Shown one piece after another: positions 17,589-27,624 of a DNA stretch of 64,000 nucleotides. How positions within the stretch are numbered: position 1 is the stretch's first letter; each line of letters begins with the position of its first letter. The DNA comes from Pirellulales bacterium (GTDB lineage Bacteria > Planctomycetota > Planctomycetia > Pirellulales > UBA1268), in assembly GCA_044369655.1 (NCBI GenBank), contig JBILWX010000003.1:3548-67547 (forward strand). The letters are read 5' to 3'. A model generated the notes under the pieces. The model did not search any database. It saw only the letters and a list, made by a program, of their open reading frames with translations, and was not told the DNA's origin. The position numbers and the translations under genes were made by a program.

Positions 17589-19220
17589 ATGATCTCAGCG
17601 GCCGCGATCGATCGCCTGATCTGGCTGGGATCGGCCTGGATTGTGCTGGCCACCGCCTGGACGGCCTTCTGCATGTGGGTCGACACCGATTTCCGGGAGA
17701 TTCTGGGCGAAGACTTTCCCTGGTCGTTGGTGTTCGTCGCCGCAGGCGCGGTCTGGTTCTTCTTCACCTACCAATACGGCCTTGGCATGCTGCCGTTGTT
17801 CCTGGTGGTCATGCCCGCCTCGTTTTTCGGGTATGTGGCGTATCGGGACAGCAAAGCCCCGTCGACCAGGAAGATGCTGACCCGACGGTTCGCCCGCAAG
17901 ATGATCTTTCTGGCAGCCACGAAACTGGGCATGGAGAAGACGGTCGAAAAGTGGCTGCCGGCGCGGAGCGGACCCGCTGCTCCCGAAAACATCGCGGTCA
18001 TCATTCTCAAAAAGGACGGTACACCTGTCGAAGGCCAGGTGGGCGATCTGGACCGCGAGGCCTCGAAGGCGCTCAAGACCGTGCAGCAGATCTTCGAGAA
18101 GGCGATCGAGATGCGGGCCACCGACGTGCACCTCGAACCCAAGGAGGGAGAGGAGTTGGTTGTCCGCTGCCGGATCGACGGCATCATGCAGAACGTGCTC
18201 GCGCTCAAGGGATCGGCCGGAAAAGCCGTGGTATCGGCGATCAAGGTCTGCGCCGACATGGATATCGCAGAGCGCCGCCGGCCGCAGGACGGCACGTTTG
18301 CCCTGCTCAAGGCGGGCAGAAAGTTCGACGTCCGCGCCGCCTCCGGCCCGACGAGCTTCGGTGAGAAGATGGCGCTGCGACTGCTCGACGCCGACAGCGG
18401 CGTCATCAAGGGGGGGCTGGCTTCGCTCGGTATGCGGGAGTCGATGCTCAAGACACTGCAATCGATCGTCCAGCAGCCCAATGGCATGCTGATCGTCTGC
18501 GGCCCCACCGGGTCGGGCAAGACGACGACCCTCTACGTTGCCCTCGGCGAGATCGACGTGCTTTCCCGCAACATCGTCACCATCGAGGATCCGATCGAAT
18601 ACCGGCTCGAAAACATCTCGCAGACGGCCGTCAACACGGCGGCGGAACTCACGTTCGCGAAGATCCTGCGGTCGGTGCTGCGGCAGGATCCGGACGTGAT
18701 CCTCGTGGGCGAGATCCGCGACAAGGAGACGGCCGAGATCGCGATGCAGGCAGCGCTCACGGGCCATTTCGTGTTCACGACGCTGCATGCCAACGACACG
18801 GCCACGACCGTCACGCGGCTGCTCGACATCGGCATCGACACGACGCTCCTGCAGTCGGCGGTGACCGCGGTGCTCGCCCAGCGGTTGGTGCGGGTGCTCT
18901 GCCCCAAGTGCAAGGAGCCCTATCCGGCGCCCCCTGAATTCCGGCAGAAGCTCGGCGTACCGCCCGAGAAAGAGGTCACGATCTATCGGGAAAAGGGCTG
19001 TCCAGCCTGCCACGGCACCGGCTACAAGGGCCGCACGGGAGTGCATGAACTGCTCGTGTTCGACAACGCCATCCGCGACCTGTTGGTCGGGCAGCCGTCG
19101 ATCCAGGCCATCCGCGCGGCGGCCCGCAAGGCGGGAACGCGCACGCTCCAGGAGGCGGGGATCGCCAAGGTTCTGGCCGGCATCACGAGCCTCAACGAGA
19201 TTGTGCGGGTGACCAAGTGA
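17589..19220 (+). CDS. GspE/PilB-family secretion ATPase with N-terminal 3-TM membrane anchor
   Basis: ATG at 17589; the upstream part of the 1100-aa track ORF is antisense to lutB. TM helices are LIWLGSAWIVLATAWTAFCMWV, WSLVFVAAGAVWFFFTY and LGMLPLFLVVMPASFFGYVAY. ATPase motifs: Walker A GPTGSGKTT, Asp box IEDPIE, Walker B DPDVILVGEIRD, His box TTLHAN, tetra-Cys CPKC..CPAC. Confidence 0.85.
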   Translation: MISAAAIDRLIWLGSAWIVLATAWTAFCMWVDTDFREILGEDFPWSLVFVAAGAVWFFFTYQYGLGMLPLFLVVMPASFFGYVAYRDSKAPSTRKMLTRRFARKMIFLAATKLGMEKTVEKWLPARSGPAAPENIAVIILKKDGTPVEGQVGDLDREASKALKTVQQIFEKAIEMRATDVHLEPKEGEELVVRCRIDGIMQNVLALKGSAGKAVVSAIKVCADMDIAERRRPQDGTFALLKAGRKFDVRAASGPTSFGEKMALRLLDADSGVIKGGLASLGMRESMLKTLQSIVQQPNGMLIVCGPTGSGKTTTLYVALGEIDVLSRNIVTIEDPIEYRLENISQTAVNTAAELTFAKILRSVLRQDPDVILVGEIRDKETAEIAMQAALTGHFVFTTLHANDTATTVTRLLDIGIDTTLLQSAVTAVLAQRLVRVLCPKCKEPYPAPPEFRQKLGVPPEKEVTIYREKGCPACHGTGYKGRTGVHELLVFDNAIRDLLVGQPSIQAIRAAARKAGTRTLQEAGIAKVLAGITSLNEIVRVTK

Positions 19221-19260
19221 GCAGCCAGGCATTCCCGGCGACGGTGCAGACGAGGCAACC

Positions 19261-20247
19261 ATGGTGAAGCTTCTGGTGACGCTGGTGGCCACGAGCGTGC
19301 TGCAGCGGTTCGGCGATTTGATCGTGGGCGGGATCGTGCTTGCGCTGGTGGCCTACGGTGCGCAGAACGGTCTGTTCCTGGCGGTGCTGGCGGGGATGCA
19401 CGCGCTTGCGTCGCTCGTGGTAGCGTTGGCGTTTGCCGAGCCGCTGGCGGCAGTGCTCGTGAGCTTCGAGTTGCCGGCGATCTATGCCTTTCCGGCTGCC
19501 TTTGGTCTGCTCCTCATCGGCACGGCCGTGGCGATCCGGATGGCCGTGGGCGGATATGTTCCGGCGGAGGTGGTGCGGTTCGCGCCCATGATCGACAAAC
19601 TTGGTGGCGGTCTCATGGGCGCGGTGGCCGGGATCATCGTCGCCGGCACCGTCCTGATCGCCTGTTCGATCCTGCCGGTGCCCGAGGCGTTCCGGATCGA
19701 CGGTTCGAAGCTCGGCTACGACATGGGAACGCGGATGCTGCGGACCTTTGCCCGCTGTGTCGAGCCCGACGAGGCCAAACGGTCGATCCTGCTCGACGGT
19801 GAGCCCGGGACCGTGCCGGAGCCTGTGCCCGAACCGCGGCAGAGCGATGACGCAAAGGACGAGAGCAACGGCCAGGATTCCACACGCAAGAAGCGGGACA
19901 AGCCCCATGACGAAGGCTCGCAATCCAAGCCCGAGCCTCCCGCCGCTCCGCCTGTTCCCCATTGGAGCGAGCCCTTTGCCGATCTCAATGGCAACAAGGC
20001 CCATGATGAGGGAGAGCCGTACCTCGATACCGACCACGACAAGGCGTTTACGCCGAAGTTGGTCCTCAACGATCCCAATGGCAACACCAAACGGGATGTC
20101 GGCCTCCTCGAGCGGTACCGGATGCACGCCTGGGGGCACCATGTGATCTCGGTCGTGGCGATCGACGAGGTGATGGACGTGCCGCCCGCAGAGCCCACGG
20201 CGCCGGCTGACGCAGCGGCACCGGCCGCGGCTCCGGCGACGAAGTAG
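19261..20247 (+). CDS. CvpA-like polytopic membrane protein with long acidic/Pro-rich tail
   Basis: About 4 TM helices. The segment IDKLGGGLMGAVAGIIVAGTVLIA resembles the CvpA DRxLGxxFGxxRG block. The C-terminal ~170 aa are low complexity with two D-x-N-G-N motifs. Confidence 0.5.
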   Translation: MVKLLVTLVATSVLQRFGDLIVGGIVLALVAYGAQNGLFLAVLAGMHALASLVVALAFAEPLAAVLVSFELPAIYAFPAAFGLLLIGTAVAIRMAVGGYVPAEVVRFAPMIDKLGGGLMGAVAGIIVAGTVLIACSILPVPEAFRIDGSKLGYDMGTRMLRTFARCVEPDEAKRSILLDGEPGTVPEPVPEPRQSDDAKDESNGQDSTRKKRDKPHDEGSQSKPEPPAAPPVPHWSEPFADLNGNKAHDEGEPYLDTDHDKAFTPKLVLNDPNGNTKRDVGLLERYRMHAWGHHVISVVAIDEVMDVPPAEPTAPADAAAPAAAPATK

Positions 20248-20271
20248 TCCGCCGGGCGGGACGCCGACCCG

Positions 20272-21000
20272 CTACTGCTCGTCCACCATGCCGGCCAGCA
20301 CCTCGGCCAAATGCACCGTGCGGGCCTTGCGCCCGTTGCGGCTGAGCCAGCCGTCGAGTTGCAACTGACAACTCGGATCACTCGAGACGATATAGTCGCA
20401 CTCGGTGCGGGCCAGCGAACCGCCCTTCACCTCGGCCATCGCCGTGGAGATCATCGGAAACTTCACGCTGAACAGCCCGCCAAAGCCGCAGCAGCTCTCC
20501 GGCTCGTCACATTCGACCAGTTCGAGGTCGCGAACGGCCCGCAGCAGTTGCCGGGGTTCGTCCTTGACCCGGAGTTCGCGGAGCCCGTGGCAGCCGTCAT
20601 GGTAGGTGACGCGGTGCGGGAAGCGGGCGCCCACGTCCGTGACGCCGAGTTTCTTGACGAGAAACTCGCCGAATTCGAAGGTCCGAGCCGCCAGGTCGAG
20701 GGCGGCCGTCTCGTGGGGCGTGTCCGCGAGCAGCTCCGGGTAGAAGACCCGCATCATCGCGACGCAGGAGCCGCTTGGGCCCACCACCGCGTCGGCGTCC
20801 GCGAAGACCTCCAGACTATGGATGGCCACGGCGCGGGCTTCATCCCAATAGCCGGCGTTGAAGCTCGGCTGGCCGCAACAGGTTTGCGCGGAGCGGAACT
20901 CGACCGTGTGGCCGAGCCGCTCGAGCACGCGGGCCACCGCCAGCCCCACCTGCGGGGTCATCTGATCAACGAAGCAGGGAATGAACAGGCTGACGTTCAT
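20272..21000 (-). CDS. lutA: lactate utilization protein A ((Fe-S) oxidoreductase, YkgE family)
   Basis: Two CCG-domain motifs (TCCGQPSF and SCCGFGG). ATG at 21000. Confidence 0.85.
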   Translation of the reverse strand: MNVSLFIPCFVDQMTPQVGLAVARVLERLGHTVEFRSAQTCCGQPSFNAGYWDEARAVAIHSLEVFADADAVVGPSGSCVAMMRVFYPELLADTPHETAALDLAARTFEFGEFLVKKLGVTDVGARFPHRVTYHDGCHGLRELRVKDEPRQLLRAVRDLELVECDEPESCCGFGGLFSVKFPMISTAMAEVKGGSLARTECDYIVSSDPSCQLQLDGWLSRNGRKARTVHLAEVLAGMVDEQ

Positions 21001-21204
21001 GACACCAGTGTAGATCAGTCACCCTTCTTTTCCACAAAGGCCTGGACGGCGGGGCATGTGGATGTGCCTTGAGGAAGGATCGAGCAACCGGAAGCCGAGG
21101 CGAGGCGGTCGGCGAACGCTCGAGGAGCATTGGGCCGCCGCGGCCCACGCGACGAGACTTTTGCCGCCACCGAAGCCGGTACCACACCCAAAGGTCGATG
21201 CAGC

Positions 21205-22083
21205 CTAGCCCCGCCGCTTGATCGCGCGCACCAGTGCCTGCCCCATGTCGGCCGGGCTTTCGGCGATCTCGATGCCGGCATCCCGCAAGGCCTCGAGCTT
21301 GGCCTCGGCCGTGCCCTTGCCCCCGGAAATGATCGCGCCGGCGTGGCCCATCCGCTTGCCCGGCGGCGCGGTGCGCCCGGCGATGAAGGCTGCCACCGGC
21401 TTGGTCACATGTTCTTTGACGAAGGCCGCCGCCTCCTCCTCGGCGGAGCCACCGATCTCCCCCATCATGAGGATGGCGTGGGTGTCGGGATCGGCCTCGA
21501 AGAGCGAGAGGATGTCGATGAAGCTCGAGCCGACGAGCGGATCGCCGCCGAGGCCGACGCACGTGCTCTGGCCGTGGCCGAGCTGCGTGAGTTGCCAGAC
21601 GGCCTCGTAGGTGAGCGTGCCCGAGCGACTCATCACGCCGACGTGACCGGGCGTGTGGATGTAGCCCGGCATGATGCCGATCTTGCACTGTCCCGGTGTG
21701 ATCACGCCGGGACAGTTGGGGCCGATCAGCCGGCTCTTCGACGCCTGTACGACCGGCATCACGCGGGCCATGTCGAGCACGGGGATGCCCTCGGTGATCG
21801 CGATCACCAGTTCGATGCCGGCGCCGACCGCCTCCAGGATCGCGTCGGCGGCGAACGCTGGCGGCACGAAGATCATCGTCGCATTGGCTCCGGTCGCATC
21901 GCGGGCCTCGGCGACGGTGTTGAAGACGGGCAGGCCGACGACGGTTTCGCCGGCTTTGCCGGGCGTCACGCCACCCACCATCCGCGTGCCGTATTCGAGG
22001 CAGCCGCGGGTATGGAACTCACCCACCTTGCCGGTGATGCCCTGACAGATGACGCGGGTGTCGCGATTGACGAGGATGCTCAT
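21205..22083 (-). CDS. sucD: succinyl-CoA synthetase alpha subunit
   Basis: Full-length match to the SucD pattern: [15 protein letters not shown] and the phosphohistidine loop [11 protein letters not shown]. Confidence 0.95.
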   Translation of the reverse strand: MSILVNRDTRVICQGITGKVGEFHTRGCLEYGTRMVGGVTPGKAGETVVGLPVFNTVAEARDATGANATMIFVPPAFAADAILEAVGAGIELVIAITEGIPVLDMARVMPVVQASKSRLIGPNCPGVITPGQCKIGIMPGYIHTPGHVGVMSRSGTLTYEAVWQLTQLGHGQSTCVGLGGDPLVGSSFIDILSLFEADPDTHAILMMGEIGGSAEEEAAAFVKEHVTKPVAAFIAGRTAPPGKRMGHAGAIISGGKGTAEAKLEALRDAGIEIAESPADMGQALVRAIKRRG

Positions 22084-22153
22084 AAGGGCCTTCGAAAGTG
22101 GAAAGCGGAGAATGAAAAGCGGAAAGCGGGTTCAACTGCGTCGGCGGTCGGCG

Positions 22154-23341
22154 TCAGGCGGCGTTGGCGGCGGCGACCACCTTCTTGGCGGCGTCGGTCA
22201 GGCCGTCGGCGGTGATGATCGTGGTGCCGCTGGCGGCGAGAATCTTCTTCCCCTCCTCCACCTCCGTGCCCTCGAGCCGGACGACCAGGGGCACGGTGAA
22301 GCCGACGGTCTTGGAGGCCTCGACGACGGCGTTTGCGATCGTCGTGCACCGCATGATGCCGCCGAAGATGTTGACGAGGATCGCCTTGACGTGCGGGTCG
22401 GAGAGGATGATGCGGAAGGCCTCGGTCACCTGATTGACGTCGGCACCGCCGCCTACGTCGAGGAAGTTGGCCGGCTGACCGCCGTGGTATTTGACGAGAT
22501 CCATCGTGCTCATGGCGAGGCCGGCGCCGTTGACGAGGCAGCCGATCGTGCCGTTGAGCTTCACGTAGGAGAGGCCCGTGGCGGCGGCCCGCGTCTCGGC
22601 TGGTTCCTCCTCCGACTCGTCGCGGAGCGCGGCGAGATCCTTGTGGCGGAAGAGCGCGTTGTCGTCGAACGTCATCTTGGCATCGAGCGCGACGAGGGCA
22701 CCGTCTTTCGTGAGCACGAGCGGATTGATCTCGAGCAGCGAGGCGTCGAGCGAGACGAACGCCGCGCAGAGCTTGCGGAAGAAGGTCTCGGCGTGCCGCC
22801 AGCTGGCCGTGGGCAGGCCGAGCTTCGCGGCCAAAAGCCGCGCCTGGTAGCCGGCGAGGCCCCGGTCGGGATCGAAGGGCTCGCTGAGGATCAGTTCAGG
22901 CGTGTTGTGGGCAACCTCCTCGATATCCATGCCGCCGGCGGTGCTGGCGATGAGCACCGGTGAGCCGACGCGGCGGTCGACGAGGACGGCACAGTAGAGT
23001 TCGCGGTCGATCGCGCAGCCGCTCTCCACGAACACCTGCCGCACCACCTGCCCCTCGGGGCCGGTCTGGATCGTGACGAGCGTGTTGCCAAGCAGGCCCT
23101 TGGCGATTCGCGCCGCGTCGTCGGCCGTCTTCGCCAGCTCCACACCGCGTTGGCTGGATCCCTTCACCTGCCCCTTGCCGCGACCGCCGGCATGAATCTG
23201 GGCCTTGACGGCGCACACAGGCGTGCCGAGCGCGGTGAAGGCGGCGGCGGCCTCCTCGGGCGAGCGGGCGACGCGGCCGGCCAGAACGGGTACGCCGGCG
23301 GCCCGGAGCAGATCCTTGGCCTGATACTCGTGGATTTTCAT
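22154..23341 (-). CDS. sucC: succinyl-CoA synthetase beta subunit
   Basis: Starts at [12 protein letters not shown] (ATG 23341). ATP-grasp and ligase-CoA domains follow. The track ORF extension to 23689 is non-homologous. Confidence 0.95.
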   Translation of the reverse strand: MKIHEYQAKDLLRAAGVPVLAGRVARSPEEAAAAFTALGTPVCAVKAQIHAGGRGKGQVKGSSQRGVELAKTADDAARIAKGLLGNTLVTIQTGPEGQVVRQVFVESGCAIDRELYCAVLVDRRVGSPVLIASTAGGMDIEEVAHNTPELILSEPFDPDRGLAGYQARLLAAKLGLPTASWRHAETFFRKLCAAFVSLDASLLEINPLVLTKDGALVALDAKMTFDDNALFRHKDLAALRDESEEEPAETRAAATGLSYVKLNGTIGCLVNGAGLAMSTMDLVKYHGGQPANFLDVGGGADVNQVTEAFRIILSDPHVKAILVNIFGGIMRCTTIANAVVEASKTVGFTVPLVVRLEGTEVEEGKKILAASGTTIITADGLTDAAKKVVAAANAA

Positions 23342-23611
23342 GCGAGGTTGTGGTCCGAAAGACGCGGTTGACGAGCCATGCCGGCAATCCAGGGGACTGC
23401 TCACGGCCAACACTATGGCAGGAACCTCCCCGGCTTCCAAGTCGCGGCCCACGGGCGGCCGACACGTCGCAGGGGGGCCCGGGCCGACGACGGATTTCCG
23501 CCGTTCCACGACGGGGACACCGCCTCCCGGGGAAAGGCTGGGCTGGGCAGCGGCGAGGGCAGTCGGGAAGATAACCGAGGATTTGTCGGGTGACCTGGTG
23601 TCTCGCTCCCC

Positions 23612-24736
23612 ATGAACCTGCCGCGCGTCGTCATCGACCTGGAAAAGCTCCGCCACATCAACTGTGGTCTGGGTCGGTATTCGCTGCACCTGGGGCGGGA
23701 GATCCTCGCGGTGGCCGACGGCCGGTTCCAGCCGGTGTTTCTGCTGCCGCGCGGCGCGGCGCGGTTTTTTCCCGAGGGTGGATTCGAGTCGATCGCCGTA
23801 TCACCCTGGAACAAGGAGGCCGTCCGCAAGTTCTACCGGCCGCTCGTCCAGCCGCTGATCACGATGCTGCGTCCGGCCCCGCCGGTCGCGCTCTGGCACG
23901 TCACGAGCCAGATGTCGAAATACCTGCCGCTGGATGACCGCGTGCCGGTCGTGCTCACGATCCACGACCTGAACTTTCTGCACGAATCACCCGCCGACGG
24001 CCGCACCGACGAGATCGACCGCAAACTGGCCGACATCCAGCGCAAGGTGAGGCGTGCGTCAGCCATCGTGGCCGATTCGGCCTATGTGGCCGAAGACGTG
24101 GCGAAGAACGTCGATCTGGGGGGCCGCCCGGTGCATGTCGTGCCGCTGGCCGTGTCGACCCCGCCCATGGCGGCGGCCACACGGCCGGCCTTCGCGCCGG
24201 CCGGGCCGTTTCTGCTCACGATCGGCAACTGCCTGCCGCACAAGAATTTTCATGCCCTGTTTGGCCTGCTCGCCCACGTGCCCGACATGCGGTTGGTGAT
24301 CGCCGGCAAGAAGACCACGCCGTACGGCGAGTACCTGGAGCGGGAGGTAGCCAAGCTCGGGCTGGCTGGGCGGGTGATCCTGCCGGGCGAGGTTTCGGAC
24401 GGAGACCGCCAGTGGCTCTACGAGCACTGCGAGGCGTTTTTGTTTCCGTCGCTCACCGAAGGGTTTGGGTTTCCCGTGCTCGAGGCGATGCAGTGCGGCA
24501 AGCCTGTATTTGTATCGCGTCGGACGAGCCTTCCCGAGATCGCCGGCGATCTGGGCTTCTATTTCGACGGCTATGAGCCGCCGGCAATGGCGGCGGTCTA
24601 TCGGGGCGGCCTGGCTCGGTACCAGGCCGATCCGGACTTCGCGACACGACTGAAGGACCATGCAGCCGGCTTCTCCTGGGCGGCCACGGCCCGGGGGTAT
24701 GCCCGCGTCTACGAGGGCATCCTGCGCGGTTTTTGA
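23612..24736 (+). CDS. glycosyltransferase family 4 (GT-B), island copy 1
   Basis: C-terminal GT4 motif [21 protein letters not shown]. Paralog of 42359..43537. Confidence 0.85.
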   Translation: MNLPRVVIDLEKLRHINCGLGRYSLHLGREILAVADGRFQPVFLLPRGAARFFPEGGFESIAVSPWNKEAVRKFYRPLVQPLITMLRPAPPVALWHVTSQMSKYLPLDDRVPVVLTIHDLNFLHESPADGRTDEIDRKLADIQRKVRRASAIVADSAYVAEDVAKNVDLGGRPVHVVPLAVSTPPMAAATRPAFAPAGPFLLTIGNCLPHKNFHALFGLLAHVPDMRLVIAGKKTTPYGEYLEREVAKLGLAGRVILPGEVSDGDRQWLYEHCEAFLFPSLTEGFGFPVLEAMQCGKPVFVSRRTSLPEIAGDLGFYFDGYEPPAMAAVYRGGLARYQADPDFATRLKDHAAGFSWAATARGYARVYEGILRGF

Positions 24737-24867
24737 CGCGGCAAACTGCCGTTTCGTCGTGTGTCCTGCCTTGCTACCGTTCCCCGTCGATACGGGACCG
24801 ACAGCGCTCTCACCCGTGAGGGAAGGCGTGTGTCGTGTGCAACAGTCAAAAACGCAGGGAGAAGTGA

Positions 24868-25905
<1,038 letters not shown>

Positions 25906-25938
25906 GGCAGCCCCGCTCTTGCCACCGCGTTGAGCCGC

Positions 25939-26799
25939 TCAGGCAGCCCTATCGTCTGCGGCGTAGACGCCGAACGCAGGGCCGTTTGGATGGTCGGGGG
26001 TCTCGAACGACACCTCGATGGTGCGGTATCCGAGATGCTGGAGTAATCCGAGGATCGAGCCGCGTGTCAGCCACAGACTCGTTGCTGCCGAGCCGCCGCA
26101 AAAGCCTCCCCAGCCAAGCGCCTCCTTGTACGACTGCTCGACGAACTGATAGCGAAAGCCATCGATCGCGGCCTCTTCGAGCCGGCCGAACTTGTGCGCG
26201 AGTGCAGGCGTTCCCCGAACGATGGGTTCGTCGAAGTAGTGTGTCCAGAGAAATACCCGAGGCGCCATTCGCGGCAAGAGCGAGAGAAACCGGGCTGGAT
26301 CCTTCATGTGATAGAGAATGCCGCTGGCGAACACCATGTCCCAACCCCCCGCATCCTCGGCCATGAATGCCATGCAGTCGCCGAGCAGAAAACGCACCTT
26401 CGTGAGGCCGAAAATCTCCTTGACACACAGACACTTGAGAAAAGAGCGGACATTGGCCTCGACGGCGAGCACCTCCGCTGCGCCGGCTTGTTCGAGCATG
26501 TAGGAATGCCCGCCCTCGAGTGGTCCGAGTTCGAGAATGCGGCGGCCACGCACACCGCCACACCGTGCATCCGCCCACGTCACCCGTGGATCTTCGAAGA
26601 GTCCGGCGTGTCCCGGGGTCGTCTTGAGGCTGCTCGCGGAAGGCAAAGCCGACGACCATTCACCTTGGAAGATGTCGAGCACCTGTTGCGGGCCCGGCCT
26701 CTCCATGCAGTAGGCATCGAGGATGCCGGCGCCGGTCGCGACGGGGCTCACGGAAGGGGAGGGGACAGCTTTACGTGCGCGGCCGGTGAGTCCAAACAC
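25939..26799 (-). CDS. class I SAM-dependent methyltransferase
   Basis: Motif I-like ILELGPLEGGHS and post-I/II blocks (..VLAVEAN.., DMVFASGILYHM). GTG start at 26799 after a GAGAGG SD; the alternative is ATG 26706. Confidence 0.65.
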   Translation of the reverse strand: MFGLTGRARKAVPSPSVSPVATGAGILDAYCMERPGPQQVLDIFQGEWSSALPSASSLKTTPGHAGLFEDPRVTWADARCGGVRGRRILELGPLEGGHSYMLEQAGAAEVLAVEANVRSFLKCLCVKEIFGLTKVRFLLGDCMAFMAEDAGGWDMVFASGILYHMKDPARFLSLLPRMAPRVFLWTHYFDEPIVRGTPALAHKFGRLEEAAIDGFRYQFVEQSYKEALGWGGFCGGSAATSLWLTRGSILGLLQHLGYRTIEVSFETPDHPNGPAFGVYAADDRAA

Positions 26800-26820
26800 G
26801 GGTGTGCCCTCTCGAGGTTT

Positions 26821-27624
26821 CTATGCCGCCGCCTGGCTGCCAGTCGTCGGCTTTGCGAGCGTCACGAAGAACTCGCAGCCGCGGGTGGGATGGAAGTGCT
26901 GTTCCCGGAGTCCTGTGAACTGCAGGTCGTGCAGGTCGCGGATGATCTGGCGAAAAGAATCAGGCGTGAACACCCAGGAGTGCAGGTCGAAGTAATGCCC
27001 CTCACGAACCTTCGCCATCGCTTGGACCGCATCCTCCAGGCCATGCACCGGCTCGAGTGTTCCCTGATGACGTTCGTTCCAGGCGATGAGGCCGCCCTTC
27101 CGCCGCACCTTCAGGAAATACTCCGCTGCCGTCCCCGGCGAGTGATTGGTCGACTGCGCCTGGGCGACGTCGATGATTCGGCCGAGAGAACTGTTCTCCC
27201 GTTCGCAATCGAAGCAGTACCGCTTGTCGGGCACGGCAAGCGAGAGCACGCCGCCAGGGGCGAGAATCGCCTCGCACGCATTGAGAAATCCCACCAGGTC
27301 GGGCACGTGTTCGATCACGTGGCTGGCGATGATCCAGGTGAAACGGTCACGGCCGACGAGTGCGTCGAGCGGCTGTCCCGACCAGACGTAGTCCACCTCT
27401 TCAATCGCATCGATATCGACGCCATGCGTCGCATATTTCGCCCGGAGCGCTGCGGCGTCGAGATGGTCCAAGATGTGGACATGGAAGCCATCCCGCTTGG
27501 CCGCGACCGGGCGGTGGCTGGGGCCGATCTCGAGTCCGGGTGTCGCCTTGTCGATTCCGCGGAGGATGATGTGTTCCCGGGATTCCTGCCGCATGGTAGC
27601 GGTGATCTTGCGGAAAAGGCTCAT
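26821..27624 (-). CDS. class I SAM-dependent methyltransferase
   Basis: GLEIGPSHRP, IIASHVIEHVPD and GGVLSLAVPD. ATG 27624 overlaps the upstream GT2 stop (ATGA at 27621..27624). Confidence 0.7.
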   Translation of the reverse strand: MSLFRKITATMRQESREHIILRGIDKATPGLEIGPSHRPVAAKRDGFHVHILDHLDAAALRAKYATHGVDIDAIEEVDYVWSGQPLDALVGRDRFTWIIASHVIEHVPDLVGFLNACEAILAPGGVLSLAVPDKRYCFDCERENSSLGRIIDVAQAQSTNHSPGTAAEYFLKVRRKGGLIAWNERHQGTLEPVHGLEDAVQAMAKVREGHYFDLHSWVFTPDSFRQIIRDLHDLQFTGLREQHFHPTRGCEFFVTLAKPTTGSQAAA

